Position numbers and translations under genes: made by a program. A stretch of DNA of 51,168 nt from a virus (lineage: Duplodnaviria; Caudoviricetes), in IMG/VR virus record IMGVR_UViG_3300023099_000120, positions 1 through 51,168 of that record; one strand, written 5' to 3'. Within the stretch, counting starts at the first letter, position 1. Each line of letters begins with the position of its first letter. Of this stretch, positions 1 through 10,057 are shown piece by piece. The notes under the pieces are model-generated. The model saw only the letters and a list, made by a program, of their open reading frames with translations. It did no database searches and had not been told where the DNA came from.

Positions 1-225
1 ATGGCAACAATAACTAAAAAAAAGATAAAGCTTAAAGATGAGATTTACAGCATCATTAGGAATGACATTCCGTTAAGAGCGAAACTTGCTAAAGCATTAA
101 ATATCGAACGTGATTCTGTATATCAAGCTGCAGTTCGAAAATATTCAAAATTAAGTTTACCATTTGTTTTGGAAATTATTTCAAAACATACCGGCAAACC
201 TAAAGATGAATTAACCGATGTCTAA
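1..225 (+). CDS. Cro-like helix-turn-helix protein
   Basis: 74 aa, basic, LRAKLAKALNIERDSVYQ HTH-like segment; first gene of the early operon. Confidence 0.6.
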   Translation: MATITKKKIKLKDEIYSIIRNDIPLRAKLAKALNIERDSVYQAAVRKYSKLSLPFVLEIISKHTGKPKDELTDV

Positions 226-328
226 GTTAATATCAGTCGAGGACTTTATTCTGTTTTTGGCAGCCTTAATTGTTCTTCTAGGCTTTATTAACATCATTTA
301 TTGGATTTCTAAAAAGATAAACAGATGA
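218..328 (+). CDS. Small membrane protein (36 aa; not in ORF track)
   Basis: MSKLISVEDFILFLAALIVLLGFINIIYWISKKINR; overlaps the upstream stop and has an ATGA overlap with the next ORF. Confidence 0.65.
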   Translation: MSKLISVEDFILFLAALIVLLGFINIIYWISKKINR

Positions 329-555
329 CACTAAAAACAATAACAATACCTCTGGAAACATACAAATGTCTGCGGGGACATTTAGAAAAGGCGAATGAAA
401 TTTTCAATAGCCTGGGAATGGCCGGGGGGCTAGCAAGTGATAGCAAGCCTCCTAAGCCGGAACCTAAAGAAACAAGATCACAGAAAGTTAATAAATACAA
501 AGAATTAATTGGAAGTGGTAAACGGGTTAAAAAGCCTGAACATTTAAAGAAATAA
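325..555 (+). CDS. Hypothetical protein
   Basis: ATGA-coupled ORF, 76 aa, basic. Confidence 0.7.
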   Translation: MTLKTITIPLETYKCLRGHLEKANEIFNSLGMAGGLASDSKPPKPEPKETRSQKVNKYKELIGSGKRVKKPEHLKK

Positions 556-582
556 AAAAAAGCCACTTGACAGAGTGGCTTT
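554..582 (-). terminator. Intrinsic terminator oriented for a minus-strand (antisense) transcript
   Basis: Stem AAAGCCACT/AGTGGCTTT with an A-tract on the left, which is a U-tract on the minus strand. Confidence 0.55.
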
Positions 583-628
583 CGCAAATAATTCAATCAC
601 GGACCTCGAATCCTTAATACAAATTATT

Positions 629-850
629 ATGAATACAAATCTAATACAAAGATTCTGCAATACCACATTGTCGAATGATAAAACGAAATTCCTTTTAGGG
701 GAATGCTTAAAAAAGGCATTTGATGATGCTATCTCCGATCCTATAGAATCTGAAAATATTTTGGCTTTAGCCTGGAAGTTTCAAGTTCCTCAATTTGATG
801 AAATGTTTGAAGATCATCAAAATCATGATTATCCACCTTTTAGATGTTAG
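629..850 (+). CDS. Hypothetical protein (73 aa from ATG 629)
   Basis: ATG in A-rich context inside track ORF 575..850; overlaps the next ORF. Confidence 0.65.
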   Translation: MNTNLIQRFCNTTLSNDKTKFLLGECLKKAFDDAISDPIESENILALAWKFQVPQFDEMFEDHQNHDYPPFRC

Positions 851-1074
851 TTATGGAAATCAAGAAAAATCAAACTTTCAAAACTCCGGTAGGATTGTTT
901 TTAAAAGTACAAACTGTTCGTGAGTCTGGTTTGCACACTCTAGTCCTGATTGATAAAAAGGGTAAGGCAATCCCGGAGAAACGAAATATTCGCGGACATG
1001 TTATCCAAAGAACAGAGCGCTTATGCACAGAGGAAACAATCAGATCATTTAAAAAAGTTTCGATATGTCATTAA
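844..1074 (+). CDS. Hypothetical protein
   Basis: Overlapping ORF in the early operon. Confidence 0.65.
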   Translation: MLVMEIKKNQTFKTPVGLFLKVQTVRESGLHTLVLIDKKGKAIPEKRNIRGHVIQRTERLCTEETIRSFKKVSICH

Positions 1075-1205
1075 CCAAATCCAAACGGGAACAGGAGCTT
1101 TTTGATTTTTACAAAAAGTACTTGAAAGATCCTTCTTTAATTGATGAGAATGTGATCAAAGCTTATAAACAAGATGTAAAACACATCAGGAACTCTAAAA
1201 AATAA
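1065..1205 (+). CDS. Small hypothetical protein (46 aa; not in ORF track)
   Basis: MSLTKSKREQELFDFYKKYLKDPSLIDENVIKAYKQDVKHIRNSKK fills the gap and overlaps the upstream stop. Confidence 0.6.
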   Translation: MSLTKSKREQELFDFYKKYLKDPSLIDENVIKAYKQDVKHIRNSKK

Positions 1206-1229
1206 TAATATCATCTAATTCTAATAAAA

Positions 1230-3236
1230 ATGAAAACAATTGAAATTAAAGGATTGATCCTTACCAACTTTAAAGGAATCGTAAAGTTAAAAGTAAACTT
1301 TCAACACAATACTGATGTTTTTGGTGCTAATGGTACCGGAAAATCTACAATATATGACGCTTTCTTATGGCTGCTTTTTGGTAAAAATGCGGAAGAGAAA
1401 AAAGAGTTCAGCATTAAAAACACTGTTGATACGTCGCTTAATAGACAAGATCATGAGGTTGAAGGCTTTTTAAATGTAGACGGCGATGATGTTACCCTTA
1501 AGAAAATATACAAAGAAAAATGGGTTAAAACTAAAGGAGAGGAAATTGCAAAATATACTGGAAACGAAACCATTTACTACTACAATGAGGTTCCAATGAA
1601 TCAAAAGGAATTTCAAGCAAAGGTTTATTCCATTTTGGATGAAACTGTTTTTAAACTGATCACTAATCCTTTTGCGCTTAATTCTATGAAATGGCCCGAT
1701 CGTAGATCAATTATTACACAAATGGCTGGAGAATTTACCAACGAACAAGTTGCAGCTGGGAATCCGGAGTATGAAGCTTTAGTTGCAAACCTTACACAAG
1801 GTAAAACGATGGAAGAATATTTGAAGCAAATAAAAGCCAGCGTTAAAAAATCAAAAGATGATCTGAAATTGATTCCAACTCGAATTGATGAGGTTTCAAA
1901 AACAAAACCACAAGCGTACGATTTTCAAAATCTTAAAAATTTACTTTCTGCTAAAGAATCGGAGCTTGCAAGAATTGATGAAAGTATTCAAGATAAATCA
2001 AAAGGTTTAGAAAGAATTTTAGAAGCGAATGAAACCGCACAAAGATCAGCATCAAGTCTAAGATCTGATATTTCAAATATTGAATTTGAAACTAGAACGA
2101 AAGCTAATAACTCTACAAAAGTAGATACTTCTGTTTTGGATGGTTTAAAAACAAATCTTCAAAACAAAAATGCTGAGTTGCAAACCGCTTCAAATGGCTT
2201 GGTAACGATTAAAGGTTTGGTTACAGCAAAAGAATCTGACTTAAAAGCTTTGGAGGTTACCATTCAAAACAAACGTAATGAATGGACCGATGAAAATGGA
2301 AGGGCATTAACATTTGAAGAAAATTCTTTTTGCTGCCCAACTTGCCAACGTGCTTTTGAGGAATCAGATGTTGAAACAAAAAAGACGGAAATGTCTAACA
2401 ATTTTAAGACTGATAAAAGAAACAAACTAGCGGAGATTAACCGTCAAGGCGGCTTGCTTGCTACTCAAAAAACAAACCTTGAAAAAGAATTGGCTGACTT
2501 AAAAGTGAGAGTTACAAACGGCGAAACCTTAATATCAAGTTTAGATACTGATATCAAAACAATTAAAAGTAGTATTGAAACTGAAACATCTAAATATTCA
2601 AGTGCAACGCCGGTTGATATTGAAACGATTTACACTGAGATGTTAGCTTTAAATACTGATTACAGTTCTAAAAAACTACAGCTAGAAACGATTGAAAAAT
2701 CAATACTAGAAGTTCCAAAAGTAGACGATGCTCAATTGAAAGAAGACAGAAAAGCCATTGTTTCCGATATTGATGGTATCAAAACTAATTTAAGAAACGA
2801 AGATCAACTAAACACGATCAATGCTCGTATCGATGCTTTGAAAGCAGAAGAGACAAAATTAGCTCAGGAGATCGCCGGAGTTGAAAAAACTCAGTTCTTA
2901 ATTGAACGATTTGAAAAAGATAAAATGTCGGCAATTGAAGCAAATGTCAATTCTAAATTCAGAATCGTAAAATTCAAAATGTTTGAAGATCAAGTTAACG
3001 GCGGAGAAAATCCTGCTTGTGAAATCCTGGTTAATGGCGTTCCTTTTGCTGATGCAAATACTGCTTCAAAAATAAATGCCGGCATAGACATCATTTCTAC
3101 TCTATCGAAATTCTATCAAGTATCTGCTCCAATTTTCATTGATGGCGCAGAATCCATCCATTCTATAATGGACACGGAAAGCCAATTGATCCGATTGGTA
3201 GTTAGTGAACCTGATAGCAAAATCAGAGTTGCATAA
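1230..3236 (+). CDS. Rad50/SbcC-like ABC ATPase with coiled coil and zinc hook
   Basis: Walker A GANGTGKS, central CPTC hook in a long coiled coil, C-terminal PIFIDGAE Walker B. Confidence 0.9.
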   Translation: MKTIEIKGLILTNFKGIVKLKVNFQHNTDVFGANGTGKSTIYDAFLWLLFGKNAEEKKEFSIKNTVDTSLNRQDHEVEGFLNVDGDDVTLKKIYKEKWVKTKGEEIAKYTGNETIYYYNEVPMNQKEFQAKVYSILDETVFKLITNPFALNSMKWPDRRSIITQMAGEFTNEQVAAGNPEYEALVANLTQGKTMEEYLKQIKASVKKSKDDLKLIPTRIDEVSKTKPQAYDFQNLKNLLSAKESELARIDESIQDKSKGLERILEANETAQRSASSLRSDISNIEFETRTKANNSTKVDTSVLDGLKTNLQNKNAELQTASNGLVTIKGLVTAKESDLKALEVTIQNKRNEWTDENGRALTFEENSFCCPTCQRAFEESDVETKKTEMSNNFKTDKRNKLAEINRQGGLLATQKTNLEKELADLKVRVTNGETLISSLDTDIKTIKSSIETETSKYSSATPVDIETIYTEMLALNTDYSSKKLQLETIEKSILEVPKVDDAQLKEDRKAIVSDIDGIKTNLRNEDQLNTINARIDALKAEETKLAQEIAGVEKTQFLIERFEKDKMSAIEANVNSKFRIVKFKMFEDQVNGGENPACEILVNGVPFADANTASKINAGIDIISTLSKFYQVSAPIFIDGAESIHSIMDTESQLIRLVVSEPDSKIRVA

Positions 3237-3445
3237 TGACTGAGTATAGAGTCAAAAGAGACTCCGATGGAACCCTTACTGAAAATTGTAAAGAAAGCAT
3301 CGGAGTTAAAATCGGAAGTTTTGATTGTACGGCCAATTGTCAACATAATCAAAATACCCAAAAAGAAATTCAAGAACAGGCTTTCGATTTAAAAATCGTT
3401 AGGTGTCCAAAACTTCAAAGTAATCAATTAACAATCGAAATTTAA
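3236..3445 (+). CDS. Small Cys-rich hypothetical protein
   Basis: 69 aa, four Cys, TAATG coupling with the upstream gene. Confidence 0.65.
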   Translation: MTEYRVKRDSDGTLTENCKESIGVKIGSFDCTANCQHNQNTQKEIQEQAFDLKIVRCPKLQSNQLTIEI

Positions 3446-3451
3446 TTAAAA

Positions 3452-4516
3452 ATGAGCACAGATATAAAAGCTGCAGAACCTGCAAAAACGGAATTAGCAA
3501 TTACACAACCATCACAAAGTGAAAGATTCACAAATGCTGTGATGAAAGAGTTTTCATCAAATAACGGTGCAGTTACTTTGACACCGTTTCAAAAGAAGCT
3601 TTGCCAGAACTACTTCATTAAGATTGATCAGACTCTAAAAGACAATGAGAAAAAAAGATTAGCAAAACAAGATCCTGATCCGCTACCATTTACATGGGAA
3701 AATGTGAACATGGCAAAATTGGCTGTTGATGTGATCGCATATTCAAGTGTTGAATTAGATCCTACACAGCCAAATCATATCAATATAATTCCTTATAAAA
3801 ATACTGCGAATAATAAGTATGATATGGGATTTGTAATTGGATATCGAGGAATGGAAATTAAAGCCAAAAAGTATGGTTTAGACATTCCGTCTGACGTGGT
3901 TTTTGAATTGGTTTATTCTACAGATAAATTTAAACAATTTAAAAAGGACAAAGATAATCCGGTTGAGTCTTATTCTTTGGAAGTAATAGATGATTTCAAT
4001 AGAGGTGAAGTTGTTGGCGGTTTTTGGTATCATGAGTTTAAAGACAGTCCTGAGAAAAATAAAATCAAGGTTTTCTCTCTGAAAGATATCGAAAAAAGAA
4101 AACCAAAGTATGCATCAGCTGAGTTTTGGGGTGGAGAAAAGGCAGTTTGGAAAAATGGTCAAAAGACTGGAGTCGAAAAAATTGAAGGATGGTTTGAAGA
4201 AATGGCCATCAAGACAATTTCCAGAAATGCTTACAACGCAATAACCATCGACAGCAAAAAAATTGACGATAATTATTTGGCTATCCTTCAAAAGGAAAAC
4301 GAAATGAATGATTCAATAATTCAAAATCAAATTGATGCCAACGCAAACAAAGAACCATTAGATTTTGAAGATGCGGAGTTAGTTGATGAGAAGCTTTTGG
4401 AAGTTGCCGGAACAACGGTAATAGATCAAAAAGCTAATCAGGATCCAGAATCTGAAAACGCAACTCAGCAAACGTTAGATATGGATCAATCACAAGGAGA
4501 AGGACCAGGCTTCTAA
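3452..4516 (+). CDS. recT: RecT-family single-strand annealing recombinase
   Basis: IPY...IGYRG and W..WFEEMAIKT motifs, acidic tail, SbcC-RecT-MBL synteny. Confidence 0.85.
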   Translation: MSTDIKAAEPAKTELAITQPSQSERFTNAVMKEFSSNNGAVTLTPFQKKLCQNYFIKIDQTLKDNEKKRLAKQDPDPLPFTWENVNMAKLAVDVIAYSSVELDPTQPNHINIIPYKNTANNKYDMGFVIGYRGMEIKAKKYGLDIPSDVVFELVYSTDKFKQFKKDKDNPVESYSLEVIDDFNRGEVVGGFWYHEFKDSPEKNKIKVFSLKDIEKRKPKYASAEFWGGEKAVWKNGQKTGVEKIEGWFEEMAIKTISRNAYNAITIDSKKIDDNYLAILQKENEMNDSIIQNQIDANANKEPLDFEDAELVDEKLLEVAGTTVIDQKANQDPESENATQQTLDMDQSQGEGPGF

Positions 4517-4518
4517 TT

Positions 4519-5262
4519 ATGAAATTAAAAGTTATTTCAACAGGCAGTATTGGTAACGCTTACATTCTTGAAACAGAGAATGAAGCGTTGCTTATAGAAT
4601 GTGGTGTCAATATTATGGACATCAAAAAAGCATTGAATTTTGACCTTAGCAAAATTGTAGGTTGCTTAGTCACTCATGAGCATCAAGATCACGCTAAATC
4701 AATTAATGACGTAATGAGTATAGGAGTGGAAGTTTATGCGTCCAAAGGGACATTTTCGGCTACTGGTTTTTCGATTAAAAGTCATAAACAAAATGAAATT
4801 GCTTCAAAGCAAATTTTCAAAATTGGAAACTTTAAAGTGATGGCGTTTGATGTCAAACATGATGCCGTTGAACCTTTAGGTTTTTTGATAGAACATCCGG
4901 AATGCGGCAAAGTGCTTTTCTTAACCGATACCAATTATTGCGAGTACACTTTCAAAGGTTTGAACAACATCATAATTGAGGCGAATTTCTCCAAAGAAAT
5001 TATTGATAGAAAGTTTGGTTCTGATAGCGGAAAGGAATTTCTAAGAAATAGGATCCTTAAATCTCACTTCTCATTAGAAAACTGCAAAGAAATGTTGGCA
5101 GCGAATGACCTTTCAAAAGTCAACAATATAGTTCTGATTCACTTATCAGATAGCAATTCAAATGCTAAACAATTTCAAAGAGAAGTTTCAGATCTGACTG
5201 GCAAGAATGTGACAGTGGCCGAAAAGGATTTAATAATTGATTTCAACCTAACACCCTTTTAA
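4519..5262 (+). CDS. Metallo-beta-lactamase-fold nuclease (YycJ-like)
   Basis: THEHQDH, VKHD, TDT, EAN, HLS motifs. Confidence 0.9.
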   Translation: MKLKVISTGSIGNAYILETENEALLIECGVNIMDIKKALNFDLSKIVGCLVTHEHQDHAKSINDVMSIGVEVYASKGTFSATGFSIKSHKQNEIASKQIFKIGNFKVMAFDVKHDAVEPLGFLIEHPECGKVLFLTDTNYCEYTFKGLNNIIIEANFSKEIIDRKFGSDSGKEFLRNRILKSHFSLENCKEMLAANDLSKVNNIVLIHLSDSNSNAKQFQREVSDLTGKNVTVAEKDLIIDFNLTPF

Positions 5263-5267
5263 AAATT

Positions 5268-5708
5268 ATGCTTTACAATCCAGAAAAACCGATCGATGTC
5301 CATAGAGCTGTTGAACAGTTAAAATATTTTGTAAAGCATAATAAAGTATTTGAACTATCAGCCAAGAAAGTTCCAAAGACATATCCGCAATTAAAGTATG
5401 CTCATCTTATTATGTCCTGGTTCGCATTAGAATACGGCGAACAAGTTGAATATATAAAGCTTGAGTATTTTAAAAAGCTTGTTAATCCTGCCATTTTTAA
5501 ATATGATTTTGTTAACCATAAAACTGGCGAAATACGAGTTGAATACAAAAGCTTGGCGAACATCACTAAAGATGAATTAACGTTAGCAATTGATCAATTT
5601 AGAGACTATGCAAGCAAAGAGGCGGGTATATATCTTCCAGAGCCTAAAGACTTAGCTATCATCAGAGAAATAGAAATTCAGATTAAAAATAACGAGCGAT
5701 TTTTATGA
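5268..5708 (+). CDS. NinB-like hypothetical protein
   Basis: QLKYAH...YFK...KSLANITKDEL...GIYLPEP pattern typical of NinB-like phage proteins. Confidence 0.5.
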   Translation: MLYNPEKPIDVHRAVEQLKYFVKHNKVFELSAKKVPKTYPQLKYAHLIMSWFALEYGEQVEYIKLEYFKKLVNPAIFKYDFVNHKTGEIRVEYKSLANITKDELTLAIDQFRDYASKEAGIYLPEPKDLAIIREIEIQIKNNERFL

Positions 5709-5768
5709 ATCAGCAGTAAGGCAAATACAAAGAATATTACTTAAAAATTAACCAATAAATAATAACTC

Positions 5769-6356
5769 ATGACTAAGACGATAACTATCAATTCAGATAA
5801 ATTTGTTCAAGCTTTAGAGAAGATTTCAGAAAAAGAAGTTGAGATAAAAGGTGCGTCGATAAGTGATGCACTATGCGCATATTCATACGAACTTCTAAAA
5901 GGGCCAACCAAAGGAGATACTTTAAATCGAAAAGGAGCACATATTGTGCACGATGATCTACAAATTAGATTTGATCAATTGGATGTGTTTTTTGCTCATT
6001 TAGATGATGCTTACACAGGAAATACAAATGTTACTCCACTGGAAGAATTAGAGGCTGAGATTGAAACCGAAAAATACCATGTTACCGGGTTTAAAATCTC
6101 AGGTGTCGAAGAAAACAAGTCAGTTATTCTTTCCGGATGGAAAGAGGTAACTAACGGTATTGTAAAGTTTGATGCTCCAAAAATAAAATATTCTACTGCT
6201 TATTTATATCTAAGCGACATGAAGGAGAGAGTCCAAAATGCAATTGATGAGGTTGAGCTGTATATGAATGGGAAAACGGCGCCGCAAGAAGATCCTAATC
6301 AAGTTCACATGTCTTTTGCCGAAGAAGATGCTGTATTTGAAAACGCCAAATTGTAA
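5769..6356 (+). CDS. Hypothetical phage protein
   Basis: 195 aa acidic ORF in the operon. Confidence 0.75.
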   Translation: MTKTITINSDKFVQALEKISEKEVEIKGASISDALCAYSYELLKGPTKGDTLNRKGAHIVHDDLQIRFDQLDVFFAHLDDAYTGNTNVTPLEELEAEIETEKYHVTGFKISGVEENKSVILSGWKEVTNGIVKFDAPKIKYSTAYLYLSDMKERVQNAIDEVELYMNGKTAPQEDPNQVHMSFAEEDAVFENAKL

Positions 6357-6358
6357 TT

Positions 6359-7519
6359 ATGGCTTTTCAGTTACGACCTTATCAAAGTGATTCGATTAAT
6401 TTAAGTGTTGACTTTCTTAAAGATAGTACTAAAGGAAATGCATTGGTAATACTTCCGACAGGATCAGGAAAATCAGTTGTAATTGCTAAAATATTGGAAC
6501 CGCTGGAGGGCAAAACTGTTGTTCTCCAGCCTTCAAAAGAGATTTTAGAACAGAACTATGAAAAGTTTTCCAATTACGGTAAAGCGTCCATCTATAGTGC
6601 ATCTGCAGGTGAAAAAAGAATTGATAAAGTTACTTTTTGCACGATTGGGAGTATCATCAATAAAAAGCATCTTTTCAAAGGATTAAAAAACATTCTTATT
6701 GACGAATGTCACCTTGTTAATTCCGATGCCGGAATGTATATTGATTTTATAAAAGCCTTTCCCAATGCTAAAGTGTTGGGATTAACTGCAACACCTTACA
6801 GATTAGATCAAGCTTCCACCGGTCCGCAACTTACTTTCTTAACGAGAAGTGCCCCGGCAATTTTCGACAAAGTTCTTTACTACGTTCAAAATGACATACT
6901 TTTTAACGCCGGGTTTCTTGCGGAACTAGAATACTACAATTTTGATGTCATTGATAGAAGCAAATTAGAAGTTAATAGTTCCGGAACTGATTTTACGCAA
7001 ACATCCTTACGAAGATATTACAAGTCAATTGACATGCCGTCAAGAATTGTAAAAACGGCTTTAACTATTCTGAGCAAAAGAAAAAATATATTAATATTCT
7101 GCTCTTTAATTGAAGAAGCTAAGACAGTTCAAAAGCGCATACCAGGATCCGAAATACTGACTGGAGAAACTAAAAAAGAAGAAAGAGAGCGAATTCTAAG
7201 TCAGTTTAAAAAAGGCATTATAAAGTGCTTAATCAATGTTGGAGTATTGACAACGGGATTTGATTATCCAGCACTTGAAGCAGTTCTTATGGCCCGTTCA
7301 ACAATGTCGCTATCCTTGTATTATCAAATTGTTGGTCGCGTTATGCGAATATTCACTTATCCTGATGGTACTAAAAAGATAGGTTGGTTCGTAGACATGG
7401 GAGGTAATGTCAACTTCTTCGGAAAGATAGAAACAATGCAAATTAAAGTTGATTCTGAAGGCAGGTTTGCTATCTGGAACAATGGCCGGCAACTAACCAA
7501 CGTACCATTTAAAAAATAG
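6359..7519 (+). CDS. SF2 DEAD/DEAH-box helicase (RadD/UvsW-like)
   Basis: LRPYQ, PTGSGKS, DECH, GLTATP, TTGFD, QIVGRVMR. Confidence 0.95.
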   Translation: MAFQLRPYQSDSINLSVDFLKDSTKGNALVILPTGSGKSVVIAKILEPLEGKTVVLQPSKEILEQNYEKFSNYGKASIYSASAGEKRIDKVTFCTIGSIINKKHLFKGLKNILIDECHLVNSDAGMYIDFIKAFPNAKVLGLTATPYRLDQASTGPQLTFLTRSAPAIFDKVLYYVQNDILFNAGFLAELEYYNFDVIDRSKLEVNSSGTDFTQTSLRRYYKSIDMPSRIVKTALTILSKRKNILIFCSLIEEAKTVQKRIPGSEILTGETKKEERERILSQFKKGIIKCLINVGVLTTGFDYPALEAVLMARSTMSLSLYYQIVGRVMRIFTYPDGTKKIGWFVDMGGNVNFFGKIETMQIKVDSEGRFAIWNNGRQLTNVPFKK

Positions 7520-7524
7520 AAAAT

Positions 7525-8265
7525 ATGGCTGATGATAAACTAGATTACTTCAAGCTTATGCGTGATTTTTGGGAGTTTGCTTTTAAAAACCCTGAAAGTA
7601 TAAAGCCAAACCATTGTGCTGTGTATGCCTATGCTGTAGAACACTGTAATCGTTTAGGATGGAAAGAGAAGTTTGGCTTTCCAACCTCAATGGTTTTAGA
7701 TTATGTTGGAATTAAAAGCTACTCAGTTTATAAAAAAACCTTTGACGATTTGGTTCAATTTGGTTTTTTCGAAGTAATAGAATATAGCAAAAATCAGTAT
7801 TCAGCCAACATAATTGCTTTGAAAGAAAATAACAAAGCACCTATCAAAGCACATGCGAAAGCAACCCCAAAAAATGAAGAATGCTTTGAAAGAAAATTAC
7901 AAAGCACATGCGAAAGCACCTATCAAAGCACCTTACAAAGCACGGAGAGTATAATAAAACAAGAAAACAATATAAAACCTTTAAAACCTCTTTCTAAAAA
8001 TGAAATTTTCGGAAATGAAGTTTTAGAAATGCCAAGTTGGGTTGAAGCCATTTCGATGCAAAACAAAATTAGACCCGAAGATGTTAAAAAATGGATTGAT
8101 GAATTTGTTTTGAAACTAGTTTCTGAATGTGACGAAAAACAAACCAAACAAGATTTTGCCGGACATTTTTCCCGGTGGCTTCCAGGAGAAATTTTAAAAT
8201 CAAAAAAAGTAAACAAAGATGGAAACACAAAAGGCACGGGAGGATTTACTAAAAATAGGGGGTAA
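7525..8265 (+). CDS. Phage replication initiator (wHTH N-terminus, internal iterons)
   Basis: Precedes a DnaC-like ATPase; contains periodic AAAGCAC repeats; C-terminal HFSRWL motif. Confidence 0.7.
   Translation: MADDKLDYFKLMRDFWEFAFKNPESIKPNHCAVYAYAVEHCNRLGWKEKFGFPTSMVLDYVGIKSYSVYKKTFDDLVQFGFFEVIEYSKNQYSANIIALKENNKAPIKAHAKATPKNEECFERKLQSTCESTYQSTLQSTESIIKQENNIKPLKPLSKNEIFGNEVLEMPSWVEAISMQNKIRPEDVKKWIDEFVLKLVSECDEKQTKQDFAGHFSRWLPGEILKSKKVNKDGNTKGTGGFTKNRG
7815..7943 (+). repeat. Iteron array, probable replication origin
   Basis: AAAGCA(C) at 7834, 7846, 7858 and 7901, 7913, 7925, 7937 (12-bp period); each block is preceded by TGCTTTGAAAGAAAAT; AT-rich tract follows. Confidence 0.75.
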
Positions 8266-9088
8266 ATTAATTCCGATAATTGGAATTCACAAATACAACG
8301 AGTTAAAAAGCTTCAGTAGTGATAAATTAACCGAAGATCAAAAAAGTCAAATTGCTGCATACGAATCCAAAAACGTAGAAGCTACTGACGAACAATTAGC
8401 ATTTAGAGCAAAATGGGTTCAAATCGTTCATAGCCCTAAATCAAAACCAAAGTTTTCAATTACTGCACGAAAGCTTTACAATCTTTTCAAGGCAAATTTT
8501 CAAAAAATATGTGAAAGGCCGTTTATCAAAATTGAGGGTGTTACGATAAAAAACTTAGAGCCATTGATTTATTATTTTTCAAAAGATGAGCGCTTCTTCC
8601 AATGTGAAAATTTATCGAGAATTTCCGAACCAAGTTTTGATAAAGGACTTTTGATAATTGGAAATTATGGAAACGGGAAAACGTCAGCGATGAAAGTTTT
8701 TGAACATATTTTTAAAGGCATTCCCGGAGTCGGATTTAGAAGTTTTTCTGCAAACGAAGCAGTCACAATGTTTGAAAAATTATCAAGTGATGTCGACCGG
8801 GATAATTTTGAAAAGATCATGTGGCGTGGAATTATAAACTTCGATGATTTAAAAACAGAACGTATCGCCAGCAATTATGGTAAGGTTAATATTTTCAAAG
8901 AGATCCTCGAAGAGAGATATCGCCTTAAATCAAAAACATTCCTGATTTGTAACTTCAAAGAAGGCTATGAAGATGATCTGCAAGCTGCAATTGATGAAAT
9001 CGGCGAAAAGTACGGTGGCCGGGTTTGGGATAGGATTTATGAAATGTTCAACATTATCGAATTCAAAGGTAAATCCTTTCGAAAATAA
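8219..9088 (+). CDS. DnaC/IstB-like ATPase (helicase loader)
   Basis: GNYGNGKT Walker A, FDDL Walker B, DRIYEMFNIIEFKGKSFR C-terminus. Confidence 0.85.
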   Translation: METQKAREDLLKIGGKLIPIIGIHKYNELKSFSSDKLTEDQKSQIAAYESKNVEATDEQLAFRAKWVQIVHSPKSKPKFSITARKLYNLFKANFQKICERPFIKIEGVTIKNLEPLIYYFSKDERFFQCENLSRISEPSFDKGLLIIGNYGNGKTSAMKVFEHIFKGIPGVGFRSFSANEAVTMFEKLSSDVDRDNFEKIMWRGIINFDDLKTERIASNYGKVNIFKEILEERYRLKSKTFLICNFKEGYEDDLQAAIDEIGEKYGGRVWDRIYEMFNIIEFKGKSFRK

Positions 9089-9096
9089 TTGATCTC

Positions 9097-9321
9097 ATGA
9101 ATCACATTAGCCAACGCAATCTTTTAGAAGTTCAACTTAAAAGCTTCAAAGATTTTGTTCCTTTTTGTCCAAATGATTCGCTTCAACCGTTGCTTCAGGA
9201 GATTGCAAAAATTCATGATCGACTGGAAAAAATAAGAGAATTTACAATTGAACAATTGGTAGAAGAGGTTCATTACCACTACGAAACGCGTCAAAGCAAA
9301 TCTAACTTTAGAACTATTTAA
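9097..9321 (+). CDS. Hypothetical protein
   Basis: Tightly packed ORF. Confidence 0.65.
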   Translation: MNHISQRNLLEVQLKSFKDFVPFCPNDSLQPLLQEIAKIHDRLEKIREFTIEQLVEEVHYHYETRQSKSNFRTI

Positions 9322-9322
9322 A

Positions 9323-9544
9323 ATGGGGAATATAGAAATTGTAGCTGACTTGACTGAAATCAAGAAGCAAATTGCAGAATTAGGAATGAAATATGTTGAA
9401 AATCAGATGCCAGTATCTTTAAGTGATGTTGGATTAACCCTGAGGCCATTTACCAGTATTGATTCTTCGATCGACCAGGCTATTAAAAAACTTAGTTCCG
9501 GTAACGTTGGTCTAATTCCAAAAGCAAGCACACTGAAATCATGA
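9323..9544 (+). CDS. Hypothetical protein
   Basis: Tightly packed ORF with ATGA overlap. Confidence 0.65.
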   Translation: MGNIEIVADLTEIKKQIAELGMKYVENQMPVSLSDVGLTLRPFTSIDSSIDQAIKKLSSGNVGLIPKASTLKS

Positions 9545-9978
9545 TCAAGAAAAAAGAAAAGTTTATTGTTGGTATTGATCCGGATGTCGATAAATCAGGA
9601 GTTGCTTTTTTAAGTGGAAATCAGTTGCAATTGGATAATCTTACTTTCTTTCAGCTTTTTGATTACTTCAACGAAATGAAAAAAAAATATCCTGGGCTTG
9701 AAGTTTATGTCGAATGTGGATTTTTAAACAAATCAAATTGGCATAAAAAAAGTGATAGATCAGCTGCTTTTAATTCTAAAATTGGTGAACATACTGGAGC
9801 AAATTTTGAGACAGCGAAAAAGATTGTCGAAATGTGCGAATATTTAAAGATCACTCACTATAAAATCAAACCAACCAAAAGTAAAATAACTAACGACTAT
9901 TTTAAATCGATCACCGGCTATACTGGTAAAACTAATCAAGAACAAAGAGATGCATTTATGCTGATTTTTGGAAGATAG
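9541..9978 (+). CDS. RuvC-like Holliday junction resolvase
   Basis: VGIDPD..SGVA, VYVE, EQRDA RNase H-fold acidic residues. Confidence 0.7.
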   Translation: MIKKKEKFIVGIDPDVDKSGVAFLSGNQLQLDNLTFFQLFDYFNEMKKKYPGLEVYVECGFLNKSNWHKKSDRSAAFNSKIGEHTGANFETAKKIVEMCEYLKITHYKIKPTKSKITNDYFKSITGYTGKTNQEQRDAFMLIFGR

Positions 9979-10057
9979 TTGATCGATTCAATTCAAAACA
10001 TTTTTAAGGCTCTCGATATCGAGCGCTTTTTTATTGCCTAACCACAAAACATAAGTT

